A DNA stretch of 64,000 nucleotides, from the NCBI GenBank assembly GCA_963662465.1, contig OY759599.1, positions 6,880,001 to 6,944,000 on the forward strand. Direction: 5' to 3'. The stretch is from Desulfatiglandales bacterium (GTDB lineage: Bacteria > Desulfobacterota > DSM-4660 > Desulfatiglandales > Desulfatiglandaceae). The position numbers and the translations under genes are program-made. The notes beneath the pieces were generated by a model, which ran no database searches, was not told the DNA's origin, and worked only from the letters and a program-made list of their open reading frames with translations. Positions 50,530 to 60,602 of this stretch are shown piece by piece; position 1 is the first letter of the stretch; the number at the start of each line of letters is the position of its first letter.

Positions 50530-51655
50530 GTCGAATGCCGAAACAACCATCAGAAAAAGCATGGCCATGTTCGTGGACAACGAAGTGATTCCTCGGGCCA
50601 AGGAGATTGATGAAAAAGGTGAATTTCCCAGAGAAATGTTCCAGGAGATGGCCAAGATGGGCGTTTTCGGCCTGAGGTATCCCAGGGAAAAGGGAGGTTC
50701 CGGCGGAAATACCACCCTGTTCTGCATCAGTTGCGAGGAAGTGGCCCGCGGCCTCATGAGTCTTGCGGCCATTACGGCCATGCAGTGCTTGATGGGCACC
50801 AATTTTCTGTTTCATTACGGGACAAAAGAAATGCATGAGCAGTATTTTCTTCCTGCCATGAGGGGTGAAAAGGTTGCCTCCTTCTGCCTCACGGAGCCGG
50901 AGGCCGGTTCCGATCTGGGAAATGTCAGCACCCTGGCCCGGAAAACCGATGAAGGATACTGTATAAACGGGATGAAAACATGGGTGACCAATGGTCCCGT
51001 GGCCGATTTTTATACGGTATTGATGCAAACAAATCCGGAAAAGAAATTCAGGGGCCTGAATTTTTTCTTCGTGCCCAGGGATACGCCCGGTTTTTCTCGC
51101 AGCAAACCCTTTGAACTGCTGGGGACCCGTTCCACTCCTATCTCCGAAATCGCTTTTAAGGATTGCATAGTGCCGCACCATTACATGCTTTGCCCGGAAG
51201 GCAAGGGGTTGAGCAATTTGCTGTCCATTCTGGCCGAGATCAGGACCATGACCGCCGCTTTGGCGGTGGGGCTGCAGCGGGCCGCCATGGATGATGCCAT
51301 TCAGTACGCCCATGAAAGGGCTCAGTTCGGTCGGACCATCAGCAATTATCAGCTTATTCAGGCCAAGGTGGCGAATATGGCCGTCGATCTGGAAGCCTCC
51401 AGGTTGATGACCTATAAGGCTACCCATATGATCGATGACAAAAAAGAAGCCTTGAAAGAATCTTCCATGGCGAAATATTTCGCTACGGAGGCCGCATGCC
51501 GGGCCGGCGATCTGGTCACGCGAATCTTCGGCGCCTATGGCTATTCCATGGAATATTCAGCCCAGCGATACTATCGGGACAACCGCTTTTTGTTGTATGG
51601 GGGGGGGACCCACGAAATCCTTCAGCCCAATATCGCCAAGTGGGTGGGACTGTAG
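50522..51655 (+). CDS. Acyl-CoA dehydrogenase
   Basis: FCLTEPEAGSD, KTWVTN, RAQFG, YYRD. Confidence 0.95.
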   Translation: MLRSNAETTIRKSMAMFVDNEVIPRAKEIDEKGEFPREMFQEMAKMGVFGLRYPREKGGSGGNTTLFCISCEEVARGLMSLAAITAMQCLMGTNFLFHYGTKEMHEQYFLPAMRGEKVASFCLTEPEAGSDLGNVSTLARKTDEGYCINGMKTWVTNGPVADFYTVLMQTNPEKKFRGLNFFFVPRDTPGFSRSKPFELLGTRSTPISEIAFKDCIVPHHYMLCPEGKGLSNLLSILAEIRTMTAALAVGLQRAAMDDAIQYAHERAQFGRTISNYQLIQAKVANMAVDLEASRLMTYKATHMIDDKKEALKESSMAKYFATEAACRAGDLVTRIFGAYGYSMEYSAQRYYRDNRFLLYGGGTHEILQPNIAKWVGL

Positions 51656-51704
51656 GATTGTTGATTGTTGATTGTTGATTGTTGATTGCGGATTTCGGAT
51701 TGCA
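51656..51704. repeat. 7-bp-period tandem repeat
   Basis: (GATTGTT)x4 GATTGCG GATTTCG GATTGCA. Confidence 0.9.
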
Positions 51705-51720
51705 AGGGAGGGACCGGGGT

Positions 51721-52425
51721 GTGAGTGGCGCTGCTGATCGGGAAGACGCAAATTTTAAGGCATTAATGTCTCTTCCGGAAAGAAGGTCCCTGGGGCAGTC
51801 TGTCTATGCAAAACTCAAAAAGGCCATTGTCAAGGGAACCCTTGCCCCTGAAAGCCGCGTGGTGGAGACACGCTTTGCCGATGCTTTAGGTATCAGCCGG
51901 ACCCCTGTTCGAGAAGCCATGCATAAACTGGAGCGGGAAGGGTTGCTCCGGCAGGATCCGAAGGGCGGGTTTTACGTCGTCGGCCTGACCCGGGCGGATA
52001 TCGAGGAAGCCTTCGGCATTCGAAGCGTACTGGAAAGCTACGCGGCCCGATTGGCCACTATCCGTCATCGGGAAGGAGAACTCCTGCCCCTGGAGGCAAA
52101 GCTGGCGGAGTATCAGGCGTGCCTGGACCGGGGTGACATGGGCGAACTTCCGCGCATCAATACCGAGTTCCACGATCTTCTCTATGGTCTCGGTCGAAGC
52201 CCGAAACTGGTCAAGATGATCAATGATATCCGGGTCCAGATTTTCCGTTTCAGGCAGGTCATTTTGAAAATTGAAGAGATGGCCCGGGCTAGTAATGATG
52301 ATCACCGGTTGATGATGGATGCTATTTACGCCAGGGAGGCGGATCGGGTGGAGAGGCTGGTAAGGGAACACATCCTGCGGGGACAGGATATTGTTCTGCG
52401 GGAATTCGATATGGAACAGCTGTAA
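51721..52425 (+). CDS. GntR (FCD) transcriptional regulator
   Basis: LGISRTPVREAM, NTEFH, DH. Start 51721 or 51766. Confidence 0.92.
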   Translation: MSGAADREDANFKALMSLPERRSLGQSVYAKLKKAIVKGTLAPESRVVETRFADALGISRTPVREAMHKLEREGLLRQDPKGGFYVVGLTRADIEEAFGIRSVLESYAARLATIRHREGELLPLEAKLAEYQACLDRGDMGELPRINTEFHDLLYGLGRSPKLVKMINDIRVQIFRFRQVILKIEEMARASNDDHRLMMDAIYAREADRVERLVREHILRGQDIVLREFDMEQL

Positions 52426-52452
52426 AAAAGTCATTTAAGGAGTGTAAGCGCT

Positions 52453-52851
52453 ATGGGAGAAAGAAAAATACGGGTGCTGCTGGCGAAACCGGGTCTGGAC
52501 GGCCACGACCGGGGGGCCAAGGTTGTGGCCCTTGCTATGAAGGAAGCCGGCATGGAGGTCATCTATACGGGGCTGCACCAGACCGTACAGAGCATCGTGA
52601 ACCAGGCTCTGCAGGAAGATGTGGATGTGATCGGACTTTCCATTATGTCGGGCGCCCACATTCCCATTTGCACCAAATTGATGGGGCTGGCCAAGGCACA
52701 GGGCATTGACGACAAGCTGGTGGTGGTGGGTGGCGTAATTCCCAACAGAGATATTTCGGTATTGAAGGAGATTGGTATTGACGGCGTATTTCCCGGGGGA
52801 GCGCTTTTTGAAGAAATCGTTTCATTCATCGGCCAAAACGCCCACAATTAA
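52453..52851 (+). CDS. Cobalamin-binding small subunit of an acyl-CoA mutase
   Basis: KPGLDGHDRGAK, GLSIMSGAH, GGVIP. Confidence 0.95.
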   Translation: MGERKIRVLLAKPGLDGHDRGAKVVALAMKEAGMEVIYTGLHQTVQSIVNQALQEDVDVIGLSIMSGAHIPICTKLMGLAKAQGIDDKLVVVGGVIPNRDISVLKEIGIDGVFPGGALFEEIVSFIGQNAHN

Positions 52852-52881
52852 AACAGCCGGCGGGAAAGGAAGGGGTTAACA

Positions 52882-54510
52882 ATGGGAGTAGCAACCTATA
52901 CGAGAGACGAAAAAGACGCCATCAAAAAGGTCGTTTTACAGTCAGGCATTGAGGTCAAGCCCGTCTATACGCCCGAAGATCTTGAAAGGGTTGGGTTTAA
53001 TTACGAAACGGATCTGGGAAATACCGGCGAGTTTCCCTTTACCCGGAGCATCCATCCTGAAGGCTATCGGAGCCGGAATTGGACGACCCGGCAATACACG
53101 GGTTTCGGCACCCCCGAGGAGACCAATGAACGCTTCAAGTTGATGATTGCCCACGGACAGACCGGACTGAACGTTGCTTTTGACCTTCCCACCCAGATGG
53201 GGTACGATTCCGACAATGAGATGGCGGAAGGGGAGGTGGGCCGGGTGGGGATGGCCATCGATTCCCTGCGGGATTTTGAGATTGCGTTCAAGGATATCAA
53301 GCTCGATCGCATCGGCAGCGGGTTGACTATTAATGCTGTGGCATCCATCATGCTGGCCATGTATCAGGCCGTGGCTGAGAAATTCGGATACAAAAAAACA
53401 GAGATTTCCGCAACGCCCCAGAACGATATTTTAAAGGAGATCGTGGGTCGCGGGGCGTGGATTTATCCTGTGGAACCGGGGGTTCGGCTTATCGGGGATA
53501 CCATCGAATACGCCATGAAGGAGCTTCCCCGATGCAATCCCGTTTCCGTCTGCGGTTACCACATCCGGGAATCGGGCTGTACGCCGGTCCAGGAGATTTC
53601 ATATGCCTTCATGATCGCCTTTGCCTACATCGACAATGTGATTGCCCGGGGGTACAAGGCGGAAGATTTTGTGGCGAGATTTTCCTTTAACCTGAATATC
53701 TACGGGAACTTGTGGGAGACCGTGGCCAAGTTCAGGGCCGCCAGAAAATTATGGGCTAAATTGCTGCGGGAAAAGTACGATGTGCAGAATAAAAAGGCAC
53801 TTTTCCTGAGGGGAATTTTCGGCGGCGGCGGCTCCGGCATGACCAAACAGCAACCTGAAAACAATATCATGCGCGGCGCTTATTATGCCCTTGCCGCAGC
53901 CCTTTCAGGGGCACAGACAACAGCCCTCTGCTCTTTTGACGAAGCCTATACGATTCCCACGGAGCGGGCGGCTCTGCTGAGTTTGAGAACCTTTCAGATT
54001 CTGATGGATGAGATCGGGTTGCGGGATACGGTGGATCCCCTGGCCGGCAGCTATTTCATGGAAACCCTCACCAAGGAGATGGAAGCCAAAATCCTTGAGG
54101 AAATGGCAAAAGTGGAAAAAGTGGGCGGCATGGTGGAAGCGGTTTCCAGCGGGTACGTGCAGAGCGAAGTGGCACGCCAGGCCTATGAATATGAAAAGAA
54201 ATTGCAGCACGGCGACATCACCAAGGTGGGGGTCAACAAGTACACCGAAGGCGTCGATATGGAAGTGGAACTCCATGAATATAATGATGAATGGGCCCAG
54301 TTGCAGATCAAGAGGCTTAAAGATTTGAAAAGAGAACGGGATGGCGGCGCTGTCAGGAGTTCTTTGAAGGCACTTGAAAAAGCGGCTCGGGAGAAGAAAA
54401 ATGTGATGCCTTATCTGGTGGAGTGTTGTAAAAAATACGCTACTGTAGGCGAGATGGCGGATACGTTCAGGGATGTGTTTGGCGAATATGTGGAACCGAA
54501 TATTTTTTAG
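52882..54510 (+). CDS. Acyl-CoA mutase large subunit (MCM family)
   Basis: WTTRQYTGFG, AFDLPTQ, QNDILKE, GYHIRE, DPLAGSY. Confidence 0.93.
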   Translation: MGVATYTRDEKDAIKKVVLQSGIEVKPVYTPEDLERVGFNYETDLGNTGEFPFTRSIHPEGYRSRNWTTRQYTGFGTPEETNERFKLMIAHGQTGLNVAFDLPTQMGYDSDNEMAEGEVGRVGMAIDSLRDFEIAFKDIKLDRIGSGLTINAVASIMLAMYQAVAEKFGYKKTEISATPQNDILKEIVGRGAWIYPVEPGVRLIGDTIEYAMKELPRCNPVSVCGYHIRESGCTPVQEISYAFMIAFAYIDNVIARGYKAEDFVARFSFNLNIYGNLWETVAKFRAARKLWAKLLREKYDVQNKKALFLRGIFGGGGSGMTKQQPENNIMRGAYYALAAALSGAQTTALCSFDEAYTIPTERAALLSLRTFQILMDEIGLRDTVDPLAGSYFMETLTKEMEAKILEEMAKVEKVGGMVEAVSSGYVQSEVARQAYEYEKKLQHGDITKVGVNKYTEGVDMEVELHEYNDEWAQLQIKRLKDLKRERDGGAVRSSLKALEKAAREKKNVMPYLVECCKKYATVGEMADTFRDVFGEYVEPNIF

Positions 54511-54549
54511 TAGGGGCGCCCGGTTTAAAAAAGGGTCTTTCGCCCCTAC
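54510..54549. repeat. GTAG-type REP-like hairpin
   Basis: GTAGGGGCG...CGCCCCTAC immediately after the mutase stop. Confidence 0.7.
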
Positions 54550-54637
54550 AGTTTGACGGGAAAGGAGGTGAAACCATCAGATCTACTGCGTACGCTGCTT
54601 CATCGCTATGAAACCATCATTAGAGGAGGTCTGAATC

Positions 54638-55663
54638 ATGAAACGAAGAATTGGATTTGTATTGGCCGGAATCTTTTTAGCCGCAACGTTGACCATTTCG
54701 TGGGCGCCCACCCAAGTCCGGGCGGAACCCATCAAACTGACCTACGCCAACTTCCCCCCCGCGCCCACGTTTCCCTGCGTACAGATGGAACGGTGGAAAA
54801 AAGAAGTGGAAAAACGGACCGATGGAAAGGTCGTCGTTCAGACTTTCCCCGGTGGAACGCTCCTGAAAGCCAAAGCCATGATAGATGGTGTTATTTCAGG
54901 GGTTGCGGATATTGGTTGTCTGTGCATGGCCTATCAGCCGGGTCGTTTCAGTATTACCAATGCCACGGCGCTCCCCTTGGGCCTGCCCAACTCGGAAGTG
55001 GCCAGTCTGACCCTGTGGGACCTTTATAAGAAATACCAACCCAAAGGGTTTGCCAAGGTGAAAGTGCTGACCATGTTTACCACTGCGCCCTCCAACATCA
55101 TGAGTAAAATCCCCATCAAAGATCTTGAAGAACTGAAAGGTGTGCCGCTCCGTGCTTCCGGCGGCGCCGCCCAGATTCTTAAGGCCTGGGGCGCCACCCG
55201 CGTGGGAATGCCCATGCCGGAAACGCCCGAAGCTTTGCAGAAAGGCGTGGTTAAGGGCCTGTTTTCTTCCCTGGAAGTCATGAAGGATTTCAAATTCGCT
55301 GAACTGTGTAAATATGTGACCATGACCCAGACGCCCGTGTATCCCTTTGCCGTGGTGATGAATATGGACAAATGGAATGCATTGCCCAAGGATGTGCAGA
55401 AAATTTTTGATGAATTGGGTCCAGAGCAGTCCAAATGGACCGGCGTCTACATGGATAATCATGTGAAAGACGCCATGGACTGGTCGGTTAAAACCCAGGG
55501 CGTCACGGTGTATGACCTGTCGGGTGGGCAGAAAGCCAAATGGGACGCCCTCCTCGAACCCATTACCGCCAAGTGGATCAAGGACAATGCCGCCAAGGGG
55601 CTCCCGGCCCAGGCCATTGTGGATGACATTCGATCCATTGCTAAGAAATACGAAGGAAAATAG
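54638..55663 (+). CDS. dctP: TRAP transporter substrate-binding protein
   Basis: Signal peptide, FPGGTL, LKGVPLR, EALQKG, MNMDKWNALP. Confidence 0.92.
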   Translation: MKRRIGFVLAGIFLAATLTISWAPTQVRAEPIKLTYANFPPAPTFPCVQMERWKKEVEKRTDGKVVVQTFPGGTLLKAKAMIDGVISGVADIGCLCMAYQPGRFSITNATALPLGLPNSEVASLTLWDLYKKYQPKGFAKVKVLTMFTTAPSNIMSKIPIKDLEELKGVPLRASGGAAQILKAWGATRVGMPMPETPEALQKGVVKGLFSSLEVMKDFKFAELCKYVTMTQTPVYPFAVVMNMDKWNALPKDVQKIFDELGPEQSKWTGVYMDNHVKDAMDWSVKTQGVTVYDLSGGQKAKWDALLEPITAKWIKDNAAKGLPAQAIVDDIRSIAKKYEGK

Positions 55664-55667
55664 GACT

Positions 55668-55695
55668 ATAGGGGCGATTCATGAATCGCCCCTAC
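55668..55695. repeat. REP-like perfect palindrome
   Basis: TAGGGGCGATTCATGAATCGCCCCTA. Confidence 0.8.
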
Positions 55696-55706
55696 TGAAG
55701 GCATCC

Positions 55707-55904
55707 ATGAAAATAACCTATGACACTGAGGTTGATGTTTTGCGCATCTTTTTCAGCAATGCCGCGATTGAGGAAAGCGATGAAGAGAGGCCCGGCATTA
55801 TCCTTGATTTCGACAAGAGCGGAAATATGGTGGGAATGGAAATACTCGACGCATCCAAGCGGATGGAAAATCCGAGGGCCGTGGAGTATGCAGTTGCTGG
55901 ATGA
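55707..55904 (+). CDS. DUF2283-like small protein
   Basis: MKITYDTEVDVLRI...ILDFDKSGNMVGMEILDAS. Confidence 0.8.
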   Translation: MKITYDTEVDVLRIFFSNAAIEESDEERPGIILDFDKSGNMVGMEILDASKRMENPRAVEYAVAG

Positions 55905-55916
55905 TGTCCATTCTAG

Positions 55917-55943
55917 GTAGGGGCGAATAGTGGTTCGCCCTAC
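55917..55943. repeat. GTAG-type REP-like hairpin
   Basis: GTAGGGGCGAATAGTGGTTCGCCCTAC. Confidence 0.75.
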
Positions 55944-55955
55944 GGAGAAATCGGT

Positions 55956-56447
55956 ATGTTGATTTTGGATCGGATCAGTCATTACCTAAATCTGGTTCTT
56001 ATGGGGATTGCCGGATTGTTTCTGGTGGCCATGATTGCTTTGACCTGTGCAAATGTTTTTTTGCGCCTCGTATGGATTCCCATCAGTGGGACTTTTGAAT
56101 TGATGGGGTATTTCGGTGCGGTGATTACCGCATTTGCCATGGGTTATACCCAAATTAGAAAGGGTTACATCTCCGTGGACATTGTGGTGTTGGGGTTTTC
56201 CAAAAGGACTCAGAATGTTTTAAACGCCATTAACGCCATCATCTGTTCCGGATTTTTTGTACTGGCCACCTGGCAAATTGCCAAATATGCAGGCAATTTG
56301 CGGGAAATGGAAGAAGTTACGGAAACGTTGCAGATCATCTATTATCCCTTTGCTTACGCGGTGGCCTTCGGGTGCGGCGCATTGGCGCTGGTGTTTTTCA
56401 TCGAATTTCTCAAGATCCTGGCCGCAAAAAAGGAGGAGGACTTATGA
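55956..56447 (+). CDS. dctQ: TRAP small permease
   Basis: Four TM segments, between dctP and dctM. Confidence 0.9.
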   Translation: MLILDRISHYLNLVLMGIAGLFLVAMIALTCANVFLRLVWIPISGTFELMGYFGAVITAFAMGYTQIRKGYISVDIVVLGFSKRTQNVLNAINAIICSGFFVLATWQIAKYAGNLREMEEVTETLQIIYYPFAYAVAFGCGALALVFFIEFLKILAAKKEEDL

Positions 56448-57748
56448 GTCCCACAATGATTGGGATTGTCGGTATTCTCATCCTCATTGCCGTTCTGTTT
56501 TTTCTGGGGATACCCGTGGGTTTTGCCATGGCCATTGTGGGTTTTGCGGGTTTCTGGTATGTGGTATCCTTCAACGCCGCCATCAATATGGTGGGGGCCG
56601 ACATCTGGAGTACTTTCTCCAAGTACGGTCTGACGGTGATCCCGCTATTCATTTTTCTGGGATACCTGGCCTTTAACTGCGGTATTGCCGAACGGTTATA
56701 CAATGCCGCCTACAAGTGGGTGGGACACTGGCGGGGAGGGTTGGCCATCGCCACCATCGGGGCGGACGAACTGTTTGCGGCCATCTGCGGTTCCAATACG
56801 GCCACGGCCGCCACCATGGGCACGGTGGCGCTGCCACAGATGCAGAAATTCAAGTATGATCCCCGGTTGAGTACGGGGACCGTCATCACCGGCGGAACCC
56901 TGGGCACCATTATGCCGCCCAGCGTGGTACTCATTGTCATCGGTCTTCAGACGGAACAATCCATTATCAGATTGTTCCTGGCGGGTATTCTGCCCGCCAT
57001 ATTGCTGGGGATACTCTTTATCCTCACCATTTTTGTTCTTTGTCGCATCAACCCGGAATTCGGTCCCGCGGGACCCAAGACAAGCTTCAAGGAAAAATGC
57101 ATTTCCCTTCTGGGGGTAATTGAGGCGGTCATTATTTTTACGCTCGTTATCGGCGGTCTCTATGCCGGTCTGTTTACGCCCACGGAAGCCGGCGCCGTGG
57201 GTGTATTCTTCACCCTGGTGGTGACCCTCGCCACCGGCCGGCTCACCTGGAAGGGGTTTGTCAGCTCCATCACCGATTCACTGAAGATTTCGAGCATGGT
57301 TTTTTTTCTGGTAACCGGCGCTATTATTTTCGGTCGCTTTCTGGCCGTCACCCGGCTCCCCTTTGCCATTGCGGAGTTTGCCTCCGGCCTGCCGGTGTCG
57401 CCCTATGTGATCCTCACGTTTATTCTGCTGATCTATCTGGTTGGTGGCTGTTTTGTGGATTCTCTGGGGTTTCTGGTTTTGACCATTCCTATTTTCTTCC
57501 CCCTGGGGATGGCACTCGGTTTTGATCCCATCTGGTATTCCATCATCCTCACCATGGTGACCACCATGGGGGCTATTACGCCGCCGGTAGGCGTGAACAT
57601 CTATGTGGTCAAGGCCCTGGCCCCCGACATTGAACTCGGCACCATGTTTAAAAGCGTCAGCTTTTTCCTGATTGCCTGTGTTGTATGTATTATCCTTTTG
57701 ATCATTTTTCCGCAGATCGTTCTTTTTGTGCCGGGAATGGCCCAGTAA
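56444..57748 (+). CDS. dctM: TRAP large permease
   Basis: GTLGTIMPPS, FTPTEAG, ITPPVG. Confidence 0.93.
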   Translation: MSPTMIGIVGILILIAVLFFLGIPVGFAMAIVGFAGFWYVVSFNAAINMVGADIWSTFSKYGLTVIPLFIFLGYLAFNCGIAERLYNAAYKWVGHWRGGLAIATIGADELFAAICGSNTATAATMGTVALPQMQKFKYDPRLSTGTVITGGTLGTIMPPSVVLIVIGLQTEQSIIRLFLAGILPAILLGILFILTIFVLCRINPEFGPAGPKTSFKEKCISLLGVIEAVIIFTLVIGGLYAGLFTPTEAGAVGVFFTLVVTLATGRLTWKGFVSSITDSLKISSMVFFLVTGAIIFGRFLAVTRLPFAIAEFASGLPVSPYVILTFILLIYLVGGCFVDSLGFLVLTIPIFFPLGMALGFDPIWYSIILTMVTTMGAITPPVGVNIYVVKALAPDIELGTMFKSVSFFLIACVVCIILLIIFPQIVLFVPGMAQ

Positions 57749-57788
57749 GTTTAACTGTCTAACCTAATTTATCGAGGTAAGGTTGAAA

Positions 57789-59078
57789 ATGACACAAACA
57801 TTCATGCCCAACATCAAGACGGCAGAAGAACTGCGTGCTCACCAGTTGAAGGGGCTCCAATGGACCGTCAATCACGCGTATGAAGGCTCTTCCGTATATA
57901 GGGCTCGACTGGATGAAGCGGGAATTCATCCCCGCGACATTCGTTCCCTGGAAGACCTCAGTCGTCTCCCCTTTACCATGGCCAACGATTTAAAGGAAGG
58001 CTATCCCTTTCCGTTGCTCTCCGTTCCGTTTGATAAGGTTGTGCGGATGCATGCTTCTTCGGGCACGACCGGGAAACGAAAAGTTCTCTGCTACACCCAA
58101 AAAGATATTGACGACTGGACCCACTTTTTTGCCCGGTGTTATGAAATGGCAGGGCTTACCCGGGAAGACCGGGTTCAGATTGCCGTGGGATACGGCATAT
58201 GGACGGCAGGAATCAGTTTTCAACTGGGGTGTGAAGCCTTTGGGGCCATGGCCATTCCCGTGGGACCCGGAAATCTGGACATGCAGTGTCAGTTTCTGGT
58301 GGACTTTCAAACCACCGTCATGTGCTGTACGGCGTCAATGGGATTGTTGATGGCTGAAGAGATCAATCGAAGGGGGCTGCAAGATCAAATTAATCTGAAA
58401 AAGATGATTTTCGGTTCGGAACGGGCCAGTGATGCCATGCGAGACCGAATTCGAACGCTGTTGGGTGTGGAACATATGTTCGATATCCCCGGCATGACGG
58501 AACTCTATGGACCGGGAACCGGTCTGGACTGTTCTTACCATACGGGGATCCATTATTGGGCGGATTACTATATTCTGGAGATCCTGAATCCTGATACCCT
58601 GGAACCGGCGCCCGAGGGGGAGATCGGCGAAATGGTGGTGACGACTCTCAGCAAGGAAGCCGTGCCGCTCATCCGTTACCGTACCCGGGATCTCACCCGG
58701 ATGATTCCGGGGCACTGTCCCTGCGGATCCATCCTGCCCCGGCATGACCGGTTGCTGGGACGTTCCGACGACATGATTATCTTTCGGGCCGTGAATATTT
58801 ATCCCGGCCAGGTAGACCATGTCTTATCGGGCATGAAAGGACTTGGCAGTGAATACCAGCTCATCGTCGACCGAAAGGAAGACGGTCGGGACTATATGCT
58901 CATCAAGGTTGAGGCCGCCCAGGGCATCGATGAAAATCAGTCCCTCGAACTCGAAAAACAGATTTCCCGGGAAATTAAAAAACAGATCATGGTGAGCGCC
59001 CAGGTGGAGATGGTGGCTTACGGTGTACTGCCGAGATCGGAAAGAAAAAGTAAGCGGGTGTTTGATAATCGGGAGTAG
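57789..59078 (+). CDS. Phenylacetate-CoA ligase family (PaaK-like)
   Basis: HASSGTTGK, GMTE, IRYRTRD, GRSDDMII. Confidence 0.92.
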   Translation: MTQTFMPNIKTAEELRAHQLKGLQWTVNHAYEGSSVYRARLDEAGIHPRDIRSLEDLSRLPFTMANDLKEGYPFPLLSVPFDKVVRMHASSGTTGKRKVLCYTQKDIDDWTHFFARCYEMAGLTREDRVQIAVGYGIWTAGISFQLGCEAFGAMAIPVGPGNLDMQCQFLVDFQTTVMCCTASMGLLMAEEINRRGLQDQINLKKMIFGSERASDAMRDRIRTLLGVEHMFDIPGMTELYGPGTGLDCSYHTGIHYWADYYILEILNPDTLEPAPEGEIGEMVVTTLSKEAVPLIRYRTRDLTRMIPGHCPCGSILPRHDRLLGRSDDMIIFRAVNIYPGQVDHVLSGMKGLGSEYQLIVDRKEDGRDYMLIKVEAAQGIDENQSLELEKQISREIKKQIMVSAQVEMVAYGVLPRSERKSKRVFDNRE

Positions 59079-59083
59079 TTTTT

Positions 59084-59145
59084 TAAGTGAAAAGTGAAGA
59101 GTTAAGAGTTAAGAGTGACCCGTGACGAGTACGCCACTTTTCACT
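59084..59145. repeat. 7-bp-period repeat with inverted arm
   Basis: TAAGTGA AAAGTGA AGAGTTA AGAGTTA AGAGTGA ... CACTTTTCACT. Confidence 0.8.
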
Positions 59146-59166
59146 AGAAGGAACTGGAGGAAATGG

Positions 59167-60591
59167 ATGAAGCGTTTTGCATATTACCAACCTCTGAGCC
59201 TTGATGAGGCTTTCGGGTTGATGGAAAAATACGAAGGCCGGGCACGATATGTGGCGGGCGGCACTGATGCCATGATACGGATCAAACAAGAGGTCTGGCA
59301 GCCGGAGGCCCTGATTTCACTCCGGTGGATCGAAGAATTAAGGGGCATCAGAAAAACCGGCACTTCCCTGATGTTGGGCAGCATGACCCTCTGGCGGGAT
59401 ATTGAAACCGATCCACTGGTTCTGGAATTCTGCCCTGCTCTGGCCGAAGCCGCATCCCAGGTCGCTAATCCTCAGATTCGCAACGTGGCCACCGTGGGCG
59501 GAAACCTGTGCAACGCCGCTCCATCGGCCGATGGGGCGCCGCCATTGATGGTGATGGAGGCGGTGTTGACCATTGCGGGTCCCCATGGTGAAAGGGAAGT
59601 TCCCATATCGGAATTTTTCCAGGGGCCGGGTCGCCACGGCATGAGACCGGAGGAAGTCCTGACATCCATTGCTGTTCCCAGGATACCGGAGAATGCAGGC
59701 GCTGTTTTTTTTAAAACCGGTCGGGTGACGCAGGACATTGCCGTTGCCAATGTGGCGGTATGTTTGGAGATGCAGGGTGGGGTCTGCGGAAAATGCCGCG
59801 TTTCAGCCGGGGCGGTGGGGCCTGTCCCCTTGAGACTTCAAGGTGTGGAAGCCTTTGTGGAAGGAAAAGAGATTACCCCAGATCTGCTTCGGGCGGTTCA
59901 GGAAAAAGCCGCCGCCGAAGTGACCCCCATCACCGATGTGCGATCCACTGAAATCTATCGCAGGACCGTCACCGGCGTGATGGTGAAACGGGCCATGGAA
60001 CAGGCCCTCCGGAACTCGCAGCTGAAATCGCGGGAATCGGGTGACGTGCTTCAAAAGGATGACACTACCTTCTCGGCGACCGTGAAACCTACGGTGGGAT
60101 CTTATGATTCTCCCCTTCGAAAACAGGTTTGCTTTAACCTGAACGGGCAGGCGGTGGAGGCGGAAGTCGCATCCCATAAGATGCTTTCAAATGTCTTGAG
60201 AGAGACCTTTGAATTCACGGGGGTCAAGGAAGGGTGTGGCCAGGGGGAATGCGGCGCCTGCACGGTTCTGGTGGATGGACAGAGCGTTAATTCGTGCCTT
60301 TTCCCCGCATTTGAGGTGGATGGAAAAACCGTGATCACCATTGAGGGCCTGGTGGGTGAAGGCAATCGCTTAGACCCTATTCAGACTGCGTTTGTTGAAA
60401 ACGGCGGTATTCAGTGCGGTTTTTGCACCCCCGGTATGATCATGAGCGCCAAGGCCATGCTGAACCGGAATCCCAATCCAACGGAAGAAGAGATTCGACG
60501 GGGGATTTCCGGAAATCTCTGCCGTTGCACCGGGTATGTGCAGATTGTTGAATCCATCAAACAGGCGGCACTGAAAGAGAAAAGAGGGTGA
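59167..60591 (+). CDS. XDH-family fused FAD and 2x[2Fe-2S] subunit
   Basis: [41 protein letters not shown]. Confidence 0.93.
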   Translation: MKRFAYYQPLSLDEAFGLMEKYEGRARYVAGGTDAMIRIKQEVWQPEALISLRWIEELRGIRKTGTSLMLGSMTLWRDIETDPLVLEFCPALAEAASQVANPQIRNVATVGGNLCNAAPSADGAPPLMVMEAVLTIAGPHGEREVPISEFFQGPGRHGMRPEEVLTSIAVPRIPENAGAVFFKTGRVTQDIAVANVAVCLEMQGGVCGKCRVSAGAVGPVPLRLQGVEAFVEGKEITPDLLRAVQEKAAAEVTPITDVRSTEIYRRTVTGVMVKRAMEQALRNSQLKSRESGDVLQKDDTTFSATVKPTVGSYDSPLRKQVCFNLNGQAVEAEVASHKMLSNVLRETFEFTGVKEGCGQGECGACTVLVDGQSVNSCLFPAFEVDGKTVITIEGLVGEGNRLDPIQTAFVENGGIQCGFCTPGMIMSAKAMLNRNPNPTEEEIRRGISGNLCRCTGYVQIVESIKQAALKEKRG

Positions 60592-60602
60592 GAGGTAAAA
60601 AC

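Noticed and set aside
51656..51704. CRISPR array
   Set aside because: 7-bp tandem units without spacers; no cas genes in the window.
55512..55706. 130-aa ORF overlapping the dctP 3' end
   Set aside because: Only the last 65 aa from ATG 55707 look like a protein; the extension reads through dctP and a REP.
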